A DNA stretch of 64,000 bases from Chrysomallon squamiferum (GCA_012295275.1 CM022677.1:11842001-11906000), one strand, 5' to 3'; numbered from the stretch's first letter, positions 41,390 to 55,270 are shown. The notes: generated from the letters alone by a model not told the origin. Numbers and translations are program-made.

Positions 41390-42770
41390 CACACACACAC
41401 ACTCACACACGTGTATCAGCACTAGTGATAGTAGTATGCGTGTGTGTATCAGTAACAGTGATAACTGCTACTCTGATAATAGTGTGTGTCTGTGTGTGTG
41501 TATCAGTAACAGTGATAACTGCTACTCTGATAATAGTGTGTGTCTGTGTGTGAGTTTATTTCTACTCTCATAACAGTGTGTATATCAGAATAGTGATAAT
41601 TTCTACTCTGATAAGTGTGTGTGTCAGTGTTTCATCAATTGTGATAATTGCTACTCTCATAATAGTATGTGTTTGAGTTTGTGATAATAGTGATAATTGC
41701 TACTCTGATAATACTGTGTGTGAGTCTACCAGCACTGACAACTTGATAGGTCTGATAATAGTGTGTGTATTTATGTGTGGTTCTGTATGTGTGTGTATCA
41801 CCAACAGTGACAATTGCTACTTTGATAATAGTATGTTTGTGTAACTATATCAGCAATATTACATCAATAGAGATAATCAGTTGTCATAATAATAGTATAA
41901 TAGTATGTGTGTTTGTTTGTTTGTAAGTGTATCAGCAATACTGAATACTGTGTGTGAGTGTATCAGCCCTGATACTGATAACTGCAACTCTGAGTGTGTG
42001 TGTGTGTGTTTATCAGCAGTAGTGATGATTGCTTCTGTGATAATAGTGAGTATGTGTATATTGTTATAACTGCTTCTCTGATAATATTCTGTGCCGTGTA
42101 TCAGCAATACTGATAACTGCTATTCTGATAATAATTTGTGTGTGGGACTGTGTATATCACAATAATGATATTTGCTACTCTGACAATGTATGTGTGTGTG
42201 GGTGTATCAACAATACAGATAACTACTAATAATAGTTTAACATCAATGTGTGTAACTAATAATGTGAGTGTATCAGCAATGTCAGCCCTACTGATAATTC
42301 CTACCTGGTAATAGTGTATGTGTGTGTGTGTGTGTGTGTGTGTTGTTATGCGATAATAGTGACAATTCCTATTTGATAATAGTATGTGTGTATATCAGCA
42401 ATACAGATAACTACTAATAATAGTTTAAGTGTATGTGTGTGAGTATCAGCAATAGTGATAACTGCTACTCTGATAATAGTAAGTGTGTCTGTGGTACTGT
42501 GTATGTATGTGTATCAGTAACACTGATAATAGTATGTGTGTGTGTGTGTGGGTCAGCAATACTGACAATTGCTACTCTGATAATAGTATGTGTGTGTGTA
42601 TGTATGAGCAATACTGATAACTGTCAGTCTGATAATAGTGTATGTGTATGTCTGTGAGTGTATCAGCAATAATGATACTTTCTACACACATAACTGTGTG
42701 CTTGTATATCTGCAACAGTGATAATTGCTACTCTAATAATAGTGTGCATGTGTGTGTGTCAGCAATGTGT
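41390..42770. repeat. Third array of the complex gataattgctactctgataatag/(GT)n satellite
   Basis: Direct read. Confidence 0.95.
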
Positions 42771-43485
42771 TCAGAAATATTTGGTTATCAATTTATATGT
42801 TTAAATGTTTTAGTCTTTGGGACACAAAGGGACACATGTCTGAGTTAAAGAGCTTTTCTATTATTACTATTATTAAGGTTGTTATAATGACAAAGCAGTA
42901 TTTGTCAGTGTTTTATTTGCAGTTTAGATTCTACTTCCTTGATTACTTTATATAGTATTAGAAAAATTAAATAAAATAAAAATTTAATACCAACTTCTGA
43001 GTTAAATTATTAAAACATTAAAAGATAAAAATGTTCAGGTAGCAGAAAAAAGACAACTAAAAAATGTTAACTGATAAGAATCAACTTTGTTTTGCATCGT
43101 CAGTATCATCAAATCTGATCTGAGTTTCCACTACTCAGAACTAACCGACAACAATGATGACATATGTAGGACATTTTAATTGATATTTTTGTTTCAGATG
43201 ATAATACATTTTTTTAAATTTAATTTTCACTTAGCATTGACATTTGCCTTTTCATTTTAACAGGAATTTAGCTTCCAATCAACAAACTAAATTACAAGCC
43301 TTGGATGCCTTAACAAAATGATTTAACTGAGAAGTATCATTTAAAATTTATAATATTAATGTATTTGCTAACTGAAAATAAGTTTAAAAGATTGATGATG
43401 ATCAATCTCTGATCATAAGTAACTGACATTTTAAAGTTTCTGATTTTCTCTTCATTCTTTAGATTTTTCTTCTCTCTCGTTATCA

Positions 43486-43675
43486 TCATTTCCTTCCTCT
43501 GAATCCTTTCTCTTTTCCCTGCTCGTTTTTCGATTTCTGTTTCTTTGGCTTTTCAGTTTCTGTTATAGTTTTTTCAAATGGTGGCAGCCTACGTGGTGTT
43601 TTCATCACAAACAAAAGAAAGACAAAATAAAGTTTATCTATGTGTATTTGTGAGCATCTGTTTAATCTGTCTGTC

Positions 43676-43707
<32 letters not shown>

Positions 43708-46324
43708 AGTGCGTGTTTGAATTATACATTTAGTCACAGACTTACACACTTACCCATCTGATGGTTGACCTGTAAGATTCCAGGAATCTGAAAAGTGTAA
43801 ACTGAATATTTAAAGTACTTTAAAATAAATTAAATTAAATAAAACAATTAAAATGAAATTAAACCTCAAAATGTTTCCAGGTTTCACTGATTTAACTTAC
43901 AAACATTTCTAAATTAAGTAAGCTAGGTTTACAGGGCAGCTGTTTCCTCTTTTTAAATTCGTTTTTATGTAAACATATTTTTTAAAACAAACAGATTAAC
44001 TAACCTAGATATATTATAATTTAAAAAAATTAAAAAAGATTACAAAAACTTAACTATTAAAATACATATGACATATGTGAATTTTTAAGTCAAATTAGCA
44101 AAAGAACTTTTGAAGTAAGAATCACTAATACAAAGTTATCAAAGCAGATGTATAAATATGAAATTAATATTTGACATACGCATGTTACAAAACAATAATT
44201 AAAAAATGAAGCTCAATTTAAAATATAAAAACAAAAATCTACACCCATTCTCAAAACTTTGTCTCAAGATTAACACACACATTTATATTAAAATAGCTTG
44301 AACAGGATAAAAAAAAAATCCAAAAGAATTAACTTTCATTTTATTTTGTATTTAAAAAATACATTTAATATTTCATATTTCATCATCATCATTATTATAA
44401 TATTTCATTATTTTTATTCATGTATTTGATTTTGTTGTCAAACTGAAGAAATTTCTTAAATAAGATTTTGGTTTCTTTTCAATTAACGTTATGTTGAACA
44501 TTTAACGTGTACGTCTAAAGCTTGGATCAGTGGTAAACCACCTACCTCTCCGTAACAGTACAACAATGACAACCACTGCTCCACAGAGCAGAGACAAAGC
44601 ACAGAAAACTGCCCCTGCCACATAAACATCGCTTTTACAAGAACTGCCTGAAATCAACACAATTATGAAATCAGTAACACTTTTTGTATTAACTAGCACA
44701 GTTATGATAATACAAATGTGTTACACTGTTTAACTTAACTAGTACTAAGTGATATTCAAACACAAATATGTTACACTTTAAATTAACTACAACTGTAATA
44801 TTTAAATACAAATGTGTTACACAGTTTAAATTAATTTGATATTCAAATGCAACTGTTACAACTGTTGAAAATAACTAGAACTGTAATATTTAAATACAAA
44901 TATCTTACACTGTTTAAATTAACTACAACTGTAATATATAAATATAAATGTGTTACACAGTTTAAATCAATTAGAACTGTGATATTGAAATACAACTGTT
45001 ACAGTTTAAATTAACTAGAACTGTGACATTTAAATGCAAATTTTATAAAGTTTAAATTAACTAGAACTGTGACATTTAAATACAAATTTGTTAAAGTTTA
45101 AGTGATATTCAAACCAGAAACCATTCACTGTGAAATATTACTGTCGAATTGATAAGGACAGACATTCTAACATTTAATTCAAACCTAATCTGCAGTATAG
45201 GTAAGTCAATATGCATTTACTTACATGTATGTTCCATATTAAGACAGCCCACAGAAATCAGCCCAAGAACAATTTGTATGAAACCAAAAACCACAAGGAC
45301 AATCCATCGTTTTTTAAAATCTTCTGAAACAGATATAAAATGTGTACTAATATATCATTGTTTAGTTATTTCACTTCTACATTAAATAGTTTATCCCCAA
45401 AAGACTTGAAAAATAATAATAATAAATAAATAAAAAATTAAATTTGATTAACTGATACTGTATTTTCAAGTAGTCTTAAAGGCAGCCAAACCTATATTAT
45501 GTATGTTACCTAAAATAAAGAAATAGAAAACTGTCTTCCATAATGAAACTGGTTTGTAACCAGTTACTTGGCTTTATGAAATGTTTTTAAAAGTATACTT
45601 ACTCAGGAGGGTCAGATACAGAAATAAGTAGACAACTACAACAACCATCCAGACAGCCAGCATCACACTAAGAACCACTGTGCAGTCACAAACACAGACT
45701 TCAGCTGAAAATAAAACATTAAAAGTTTACATCTTTAACATTTATGTTATACATTAGCAGTTACCAGATGTTAATCATACTTATGATCTTATATTAGTAT
45801 TAGAGAAAGCTGACCATATTATGGATTACTCTTATTTTTTAAACAGACATCTTCTTAGACAAGATACCAAGTAGAATGCTGTTAAACAAACCAGTAATTT
45901 GTATATCCTGTGAATTTCTAATCAGATATAACTTTTAAAAATGATATACATCTAATGTCTCTAAAGAATTAAATGCTAAAAACAAAAAAAAAAAAAAAAA
46001 AGATTCCAATGCTGGATGTATTTCTGTGCCGTTATAATTTACGAGACTCATGTAAAAATATTATAAACATTTCAAATGTTCTCGTTATTTAGAACACTTC
46101 AATTGAAACAATTCAGTATTTGTAAGCAAACCCTATAATATTTCTATATTATATTTCAGAATATTATACACTATATTCATTGCCTTACCTCTTAACTTAA
46201 AGAGTGTCTTAGTAAGTGTAGTTGTTTATATTTGTTAATAGTGATATATAGGTGGTTCATGCATATAGATACTGTATATAGTTAGAAAATCTAAATAAAT
46301 ATGATCCAAAAAACAAAGGCACTG

Positions 46325-46369
<45 letters not shown>

Positions 46370-49300
46370 TTATTTTTATTTTTATTATTATTATTATTAT
46401 TATTGGTAGTAGTAAGAGTTCTAATGTTCATCTTCCTTATCTCTTATCTCAGGAATATGATTTAAAATGTTGAAAACAACTGAAACACGTATTTATCTTT
46501 AAATAAGCGAACCCACATCTGTTTTAGACTGATATTTTAAGGACCAGATTTTCTTTTAGATACAAAAGGTAACCAGTTTATTTATCAATTTTTCAAAAAA
46601 GCTCTTCAGTATTAAAAGTGTAGTTTCATTTTTGTATGTACAGAAGAACAGAACAAGGTTTTACATTTTCAACCAATTCTGTAATCTGACAGACTGTGAA
46701 CTAATTGATGTGCCTGACAGAGAGATTATCTGCAACAGAGATGCAGTTTTAGGTGGTGATAAAAAAGTAAATTTGAAAACACAACATTAATCAATCTGAC
46801 TGTATTTTCATGCATTGAAGAACTTGAAATAAAATCAATAAAATGGATGTTCTGTATTTAGCTACCAACACCTAAAATACAAAACATGAGTGAATCTGAG
46901 CAATCTGAGTGAATGCTGCCTGCAGCATCTGGAACAAATAAAAAACTTTGGTTATTTAACTGTGTAGTAATACTGCTTTAAACTGTTTTCAGTTTGTTCA
47001 GTGAAAGTGAATGTGAGACAAATATCAGATTTACTCCATAATCAAGTCACACATCTAAAATGAAAACATTATCTGTGCAACAAAAGCTGATAAGAAAAAT
47101 AAATATCTTAATATAGGATTTAAAATCAGCAACTGAGAAAATCAAAATACATTCTTTACATCAAACAACATTTTAAAAGTTCTACTATTTAAATTTCACA
47201 ATTCTTTTACACTGCTCCTTGAAAAATAAAAAATCTTGAACAATTTTTTATATAGTTTTTCTATATAACTTTATAACTTTACATTGGTCTATTGTTAACA
47301 GATATTTAAAAGTGTCTCTCTCTCTCTCTCTATGCTAGAAAGTGAGATATTGTAGTTGTTAAATTTAATTGGATGTGTTTTTTAAGAGTAAAAGTAATAA
47401 TAATTCACAACAGATTTTGTATCTGTTAGAGGATGAGTCATTACAATATTTACATGGGTGAAACTTCATGTTAATTGATTCATTACAATAGCAGTTTAGG
47501 AAGCTGGTCATATTTGGTAACACTACCAACCTACAAATTCTTAAACGTTGTGTAAATACCATTAATCATGTTCCAAATACCAAATATAAAACTTATAACT
47601 GAGTTATAACTGCAAATGTTATTAATAGACAACAAGGACAGTAAGACAGTTTTAGATGCATCATTTTCAGTGGTTATAACTGGACTGATACGATAGTTAA
47701 AAATGCTCTTGTCTAGCTGATTGTATTGTTAGTTTATGTACATTTTCTGTCCTGTTTTGCTATAATGAAATGTGACCTTTGATGGCCATATCGTGTCAAA
47801 TAGATGTCCAATTGTTATCTGCATCCCTCATTACAAGCCAGCTTAATTATTCTCAGGCACAATTTGCAGTTAGCAATAATTATTACAAATAAAAAATAAA
47901 ATAAAACAATTAACAGGAATAAAGTATGGGGTAAAATGTATAATATAACAAAACCAGTCAATGCTGACTTAATAAAGAAAATTATTACATCTATTTATTT
48001 GATGTTTTAGTATCATTATCAAAGTTCAAAACTGAACTGAAGATTATTTTTAATTATATTATCATTCTATTTAATGTGATCCTTATACTTACATGATTTC
48101 AGTTTTGCCTCTGTTTTGTGTGAAACAGAAGATGGAATAAAATATTGTCACAGAAAACAATTCTAAATACAATCTATTACTTAAATAATCACAAGCTTGT
48201 TAAAGGAAGGATTACTCACATGTACCTATGTATACAAACACTTACTGACTGACTGTCTTGTTTCTGCTGTTGTAAATTATTTTACAATACATTAAAACAT
48301 TTAAAAATGAACACAATTTTTAAACTATACGAAAACTATCAATAAATAGAAAAATAAGTAAAAAGGAATACTAATCTGGTAGTTACCAAATATGACCAGC
48401 TTCCTAAACTGCTATTGTAATGAATGAATTAACATGACGTTTCACCCATGTAAATATTGTAATGACTCATCCTCTAACAGATACAAACAAAAACATAAAT
48501 CTAAGAATGACATTTCAAAGTAATTTTGAGTAAATATCTTAAAATAAAAAAAATAAAAAAAATAAAAAGTTTGGGTTTCATGCTTTGTATTTAACAGGGA
48601 CTTCATGTATATAGGAAACATTTTGTACAGTCATAACTACACTGGCCATGATATAGAACTTTAAACAGAGGTCTGAGTAAAGACTTTTATTCAGCAAGAT
48701 AAACTGTATGATCTTAATATTTTAAAACAGCCAGACACTTAGAAACAAGCAGCTAAATATGCCACAGCATTAATTATAAATACAATTAGTGACCAATACA
48801 AGCATGCTTGAACACATGTATGATGGGAAAGCATGGCTAAGAATTACTCACATCCAATGATTAGCAATACTGAATTGTATTATTGTAAATAAAGCTAATT
48901 TAAAAAGGAGATTTTGAAGTTATTAATTTTAAAGTGTAAGTTTAATGTAATAAAAAATATTTTATTTTTATTTTAGGAGTAAAGGAGGAGATGAGATGTA
49001 ACAATATGTAAGACTCCAACCCAGTGACAGTTATTTAACTAATCTATATATACACGTCATGTATTCATATACAATTACCTATTAATATAATAATAATTAA
49101 CAGTTTTATAGCTAAATAGTAAAATAATATAAAAAATTATGTAAATTTTCAAACTGGACTTTATCAGACAAATTATATTAATCACCAACACAAATATTAT
49201 AATTATAATAATTATTTTTATTAAAATTAATTAGTGATTTTGCAAAATAAAATTTAAGTTTTTTCTATTAAAACCAGTGGAAGGGGAACTGGGGTTACAT

Positions 49301-49938
49301 GAATGATTAGCACAAGGTTAGGGCTAACAATGTGATTACGTTACTTACTGCTTGATGGTGTTGTTTCTGTTCATGTTGATTCTAATATAAACACATTAAT
49401 ATGAATAAAATAAATAATGTTTATGAATTAAACTTTAGTATGGTAAAAACAAGTGAAGTGGAGAAAATACATTTTAAAAAAGAAAAAGAAAAATATCCAA
49501 TAAATATTAATATTAATAATAAAATTATTATTACTATAATATCAAAGGACAAGGTGATGCAAACAGTGATTACTAAAACTAGACAAGTAACCTTAATATC
49601 TAATTTATAAATAATTCAGATAATAAATCAGAAATATAATCAGATCAAATGTAAAAATTCTGGTCCGTCTCATTAAAACATCCATACAGGACATTCCACA
49701 ACAAAACACACTGTCAGAGCAGGCCAACAACTGGTAATTTCTGGGTTCAAACCATACATACTCAACATATGTATTGGTGAAACTTTACATATAAAAAAAC
49801 CAGGTATATAACAGTAATAGTGATGCTCTATGATCTAGTGAAGAAGAAAAGAAAGAATGAAAGAGAAAATAAATTTGTTTCAAGGTTTTTCTCAATTTTA
49901 GTTAATATATTTTAATCTGTCATGGAAGTTCTTACTGC
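43486..49938 (-). CDS. Unidentified 3-TM membrane protein, 5' end lost in the gap. Exons (..49936-49938), 49349-49366, 48246-48266, 48093-48110, 46866-46928, 45603-45704, 45225-45323, 44546-44647, 43754-43787, 43486-43588
   Basis: The last five exons have AG acceptors, the four internal ones have gtaagt/gtaggt donors, and they splice in frame without stops: EVCVCDCTVVLSVMLAVWMVVVVVYLFLYLTLL/KDFKKRWIVLVVFGFIQIVLGLISVGCLNMEHT/CSSCKSDVYVAGAVFCALSLLCGAVVVIVVLLRR/DSWNLTGQPSDG/LPPFEKTITETEKPKKQKSKNEQGKEKGFRGRK*. The upstream micro-exons are less certain. Confidence 0.7.
44711..45113. repeat. About 48-bp intronic minisatellite (tacaaatgtgttacactgtttaaattaactagaactgtaatatttaaa), about 8 copies
   Basis: Direct read. 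Confidence 0.85.
47416..48487. repeat. 106-bp inverted repeat, arms 47416-47521 and 48382-48487
   Basis: Manual reverse-complement comparison gives 104/106 matches. Confidence 0.95.
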
Positions 49939-50138
49939 NNNNNNNNNNNNNNNNNNNNNNNNNNNNNNNNNNNNNNNNNNNNNNNNNNNNNNNNNNNNNN
50001 NNNNNNNNNNNNNNNNNNNNNNNNNNNNNNNNNNNNNNNNNNNNNNNNNNNNNNNNNNNNNNNNNNNNNNNNNNNNNNNNNNNNNNNNNNNNNNNNNNNN
50101 NNNNNNNNNNNNNNNNNNNNNNNNNNNNNNNNNNNNNN
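49939..50138. other. Assembly gap (200 N)
   Basis: Run of N. The round size suggests a scaffolding join of unknown true length. Confidence 1.
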
Positions 50139-50844
50139 TTTGAATATACAAGTATATCAAATAACATACTGCTTAGCAGGACGTTGACGTCACAAACAGT
50201 TGATAACGTCACCACTGTGTTATCTCTGCTTGCAACTACTCATAGTGTTGACCTCAGATACCCCGATATTGTATCTACAGTTTACTTGTATCAGTCTGAT
50301 CTCAGATTAACAACTATTCTCCAAAATAATGGTTATACTACTTCAATATATACATAAATACATACATACGTACATCACACACACACGCACCCATACATAC
50401 ATGCATGCATACACAAATACATACCCACACATACATACATACACACAAATATATATATATAGACGAAAGTAATCCACTTGTTACTACATAAACTCACGTG
50501 TCTAAGGAATAAAGAAACAAAACGAGGTTTCAAATTAAAGGGTTTTAATATTATTAGTTAATTTCTTAAATAGCAATGTTAACATTAACATATCAGTTCC
50601 ATCCAAACCCAATGTGTTAAAAGTAATCTTTAACAAAAACAACTTCAGCTTGCGTTCTGTTGTATTTTGAAGAAGAACATGAACCTCCAGATAACACAAG
50701 TTTAACAAGTATCTATTTCTGGTACTTAGACAACTGGCACTAATAATCTATCTGTAATCATTTGTATCATTTATTTAAAAATAGAACTAATTACATTGTT
50801 ATTACTACTAAATCACGACATCTCTACTTGTTAGTTATAGAAAA

Positions 50845-51233
50845 TTACTGAAAGCAATCAGTTCCGAAGTTGTGTTTGTTGTTGTCCTTTTCAAGATTTC
50901 TAATGTTCTGCACGCGCAGTTCAATACTGTCGTCTGCTTTGAGTTCAAACAACGCGCCTTGGTAAGTGGGAGTAAAGCCTTGTATCCCTGGTGATGGCAA
51001 AGCAACGTGAGAGTTGAAAAATTCGAGTAATTTCTCTTCGTGTTTCCCGCCATTTCTAAGCCAGATGGAATGAGCAGAAGTGGCGTCGTCTTGTATTTGG
51101 TCGTTCACGAAAACAAGATGAGCGTAAATAAAACACGTGCCAGGCGTTTTTACTTGAATGCGGCCATCTTTGTACATCATCCTCTTCCCAATGAACGCAG
51201 AGGCTTGCTTCCAGTGGAGAATATTCTGTCCTT
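50845..51233 (-). CDS. TNF-superfamily ligand copy B, exon 4 (TNF homology domain)
   Basis: GQNILHWKQASAFIGKRMMYKDGRIQVKTPGTCFIYAHLVF..TYQGALFELKADDSIELRV..HNFGTDCFQ* shows the L.W, G.L.V..PG.Y.IY, Y.G..F.L..gD.I and FG motifs. The acceptor is either 51233 or 51230 (tandem AAG). Confidence 0.92.
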
Positions 51234-51237
51234 CTTC

Positions 51238-51268
<31 letters not shown>

Positions 51269-51393
51269 ATATTAATAATTGTTTAGCAAACTCTGCCTTT
51301 CTCTCTATCTCTCATACACAGGTACACATCCACATTAAATGTAGAAACTCTAATAAAAAGACTGATAAATTATTATTATTATTATTATTATTA

Positions 51394-51443
<50 letters not shown>

Positions 51444-51573
51444 ATTGTTATTATTATTATTTGACAATAAATAGTTAATATGGTAACATAATGAACACAT
51501 CTGTTATTTAAAAATGATTTTTGATACTTAAACAATTCAATACTGTTTAACCTTTAACGAACTTTGACCTCAC

Positions 51574-51645
51574 CTGACCTCACCCAGTCAATTTCGCGTA
51601 GATATGCTGTGCGGTCATTCTCCCCATCAAAACGTGGGTCAGAAT
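51574..51645 (-). CDS. TNF ligand copy B, exon 3 (SDPRFDGENDRTAYLREIDWVRS; supplies strand A)
   Basis: tttttttag|..|gtgagg, 72 nt, phase 1-1. TAYL corresponds to the usual AHL motif. Confidence 0.85.
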
Positions 51646-51967
51646 CTAAAAAAAAGAATGACATACATATATATATATATATTTCGACGTTAATGTTTTT
51701 AATTATGCTACATTTAGCACAAGCTCAGTCTATATTGAAAATATCTCGGTCGATTCCGGTCAGTCGGAACACCTCGTCACATTCCGCTACGCTCATATTT
51801 CAAAGAAATGTACGAAATGTTCCGAATATGTAACAAGGTGCGGAACCTACCCGAGTTGTAACGAATCCCGCCTCTACAAAAATTTCAGTATTACTCAGCG
51901 GTTAGGACGAAGTCGGTATTGTTTATTTATTCACTGCCCACTGCGCATAACGTCTAATTATAGAACC

Positions 51968-51977
51968 GGGGATTTCC
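51968..51977 (+). promoter_or_regulatory. Consensus NF-kB site GGGGATTTCC in TNF intron 2 (copy B)
   Basis: Exact kappaB consensus. Confidence 0.45.
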
Positions 51978-52292
51978 ACGTCGATTGTTAAATAATTCGT
52001 CAATCCTCTGATGAAACAAAATACAATATATTAATGTTTATAGGATCACTGGATGGCAAAGTAATTCACCGTTCAGACAGAGGAACTGACAGGGGCAGAT
52101 AGAGAAAAAGAAATAAGAGTTTTTGATTTTTCTAATTTTCTCCGAATTTGAGTGTGTGTGAATGTGTGTGTGTATGTGTGTATGTATGTATGTATATGTG
52201 TGTATGTGTATGTGTACGGGTCATAAATGTCACTTTTTAGTTTTAGATGTATTAAGAATATTATTGTATATTAAGAATGATTTACTACTCAC

Positions 52293-52329
52293 TTTTGGCT
52301 CTCTCTTGCTGGTACTTTGTTTCTACAAA
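52293..52329 (-). CDS. TNF ligand copy B, exon 2 (FVETKYQQERAK)
   Basis: ttcgcag|..|gtgagt, 37 nt, phase 0-1. Confidence 0.88.
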
Positions 52330-52440
52330 CTGCGAATAAATAGAAATGTACAAAAGAATCAACATTTTTATTTGATATGTAAGAACATACACATATACAT
52401 ACACACATCATGAACTACAGCAACAACAAGTATAACAATC

Positions 52441-52473
<33 letters not shown>

Positions 52474-52505
52474 GTAATAATAATAATAAAAATAATAATA
52501 ATAAC

Positions 52506-52916
52506 CTTTGTTACGATGTCGATCAGGTTTCGCTCACGACCAGCACAGCACATATTTCCATCTTCTCGAACGTCGAAGTCGTAGATGTTGTCAGTTTTGT
52601 CATCGTCGGTGAGATAAACATCTTTGCACGGAAAGCAGACGTCGTCGTCCCATTGCACAACGGTTTGACGTTGTGGCTGCACCCGTGGTGTAGTGAAAGT
52701 TAGAGATATAACGATCACCAGAAAGATGTCGATGAAAAGAAAAAGGACAATGATCTCTGTCCAGAATTTGTTTTTCTCTTTTTCTGCATCTTTATCTTCG
52801 TCTAAATTGTCTTCTCCATTTGGTTTGATGAGTGGCTCGTCACTTCTGCTTGGATTACACCTTTTTCTCTGTTTCACTTCTTTGTTTTGTAACAAACTTT
52901 CGTTGTTACGATCCAT
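52506..52916 (-). CDS. TNF ligand copy B, exon 1 (cytoplasmic N-terminus, type II TM, Cys-containing stalk). Spliced CDS is 909 nt, about 302 aa
   Basis: MDRNNESLLQ..FWTEIIVLFLFIDIFLVIVISLTF..VCFPCK..MCCAG..IVTK|gttatt. 411+37+72+389 nt splice to one open frame. Confidence 0.9.
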
Positions 52917-53870
52917 TTCTTTTTTATCTGAGAAAACTTGTATATCGCTCAAATACAAACAGCGAACTGGGAAATGTTTGTTTGCTGTTTCTTTTAAGAT
53001 GGTTTTCGACTAATAAAATGATCAAACACGATGCATCTTGAATCTGATTACATCGGCGCTTTGCCAATTACTTTTGAGTGAGAATCACTCCAGTCACAAT
53101 GCTGTATAATTGAAAGGGTTTAATGTTTCGTGTTCACTGTAGGGATCAGTCCTTCAGGTCAGTTCTGTTCTTTATTATGGTAAATATATCTGTGAATGGC
53201 ATTTTGCCAGTAATGCTACTCATCATGCGCTCTACAGTTCATATTTCAAACTTATTATTTGGCCACACCTTAAACGCAATCTGATAATCCTTGTCTCTTA
53301 GAAAAAAACTCCGACCTGTGACTTAGGAACTGTTTTTATTTATCTGTGATACATTCTTCTTTGTAATGTAATCCTACAGGTCATTGCAAAGCCACTGTCT
53401 AAGTCAGAGTATACACCCTGTGATTTTGATTGTTTGGCAGTTATTTTGGATTCAGGTACTGAGTGAAATGGGTTCATCAGTCAGGAAGAGTTCGTTCTAG
53501 GAATTAGTGGTTCATTTCAATTCTTTATGATCGTTAGCTTTATAGCTTATTGATATGCAATACAAAAAATGCAACAAGTACAAAAGAGAAAAGAAGAATA
53601 AAAAAAATGAAATGAAATGTTAAACTCATTAGTTCATTCATTCATCGATTACTTGAGTTTTTTTGTTTACTTTAGTTTTTGGGTTCTAGTTGTTATTGTT
53701 GTTTTTGTTGTCGTCGTGGTAGTAGTAGTAGTAGTATAAACAACAAGTATCAAAAAGGATAATTCAACAGAGGTCCTTTCAGTTTTGACAGACTCTATTT
53801 ATATATAATTAACTAATAAAAAGAACAACAATAGCAACAACACCAGTAACAACAACGACAACTCTGCCTC

Positions 53871-53917
<47 letters not shown>

Positions 53918-53974
53918 GCTATTCTCTCTCTCTCTTTCTCTCTCTCTATGCTATTCTCTCTGTCTCTCTCTCTG

Positions 53975-54024
<50 letters not shown>

Positions 54025-54137
54025 AGTTTAATATTTTCTTTTGTTTGTTCATCTGCGCATTCTGACTATTACAGCTGGTATATCAAATGAAAGACCTCCC
54101 TATTTATTTCACTGTTTGGTACATATATTGTGAATGA

Positions 54138-54207
<70 letters not shown>

Positions 54208-54446
54208 CCCCCCCGATGATGAAACATTTGAAAGGCAAGTTTAGAGATAATAATTTTTTGGGTTTCATTCTTGAAACCCTGATTTTACGGTCGTAAATGA
54301 TAAACAAAATATTTCATTTCAAACATCTTCTCTGGCTTCATATAATGAAAGGAAATTGCATGGTCATTGGGAGCCTGGTATATCTAAAAACAGAGAAAAC
54401 GTAAGTTAGAAAATGATTATACACACACACATACTGATGGATACAT

Positions 54447-54546
<100 letters not shown>

Positions 54547-55236
54547 ATTTATAACTTTTCAGTTTTAAACGCTCGTATGTGAAAATCAGGGTCTCTGTGT
54601 GTTATCTATATATGAGTGTATGTGAAGAGGAATGCCTGTCTATCTGTCTGTTTATCTAATTTGTAACATGAAAATAGATATGATACATGTTACTTGTCAA
54701 AGTTTAATGTCTCCTACAAAGCTATTCTCACGCCTTTCAATTTGTGAAAAAACGTTGCTCTTCGCGCGAAAAAGAAATTTCTATTAAAAATTACAAACAG
54801 AACTAAAAAGTTTGAGACTCAAAAATATTTTGGAAAAATAATTGGATGACTTTTATTAGGAAAACTTTATATGAATTGGGATTGGGATATATATCGATAC
54901 ATTAATGAAAATATAAAAAAAATGTTTGTGCATAATTAAGCAAATAATATATGACGAAGCAACGCAGAATGTTACAATTCAGTTAAATACATCTGTGAAA
55001 TGTCATAATTTCTATAAATACATCACAGATGGTGTAACATTTCAGTTTCATTTAGTTAAATCTGTACCAATGATTTATAAAAGATACTGAACTAAAGTGA
55101 GGCTATCTACACATCAGCTGACAAATGAGACCGGGAGATACAGGAATAGTGAGAGAGCAGAATGAATATGTATGTTATGTAACAGTGGTGAAATTGAAGA
55201 TGAGGTTATTATTATTATTATTATTATTAGCATTAC

Positions 55237-55270
<34 letters not shown>

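Noticed and set aside
47416-48487. Interpretation of the 106-bp inverted repeat as a MITE
   Set aside because: No target-site duplication or recognisable transposon terminus, and the interior looks like host intron with exons.
49898-50215. ORFs spanning the N run
   Set aside because: Artefacts of the assembly gap.
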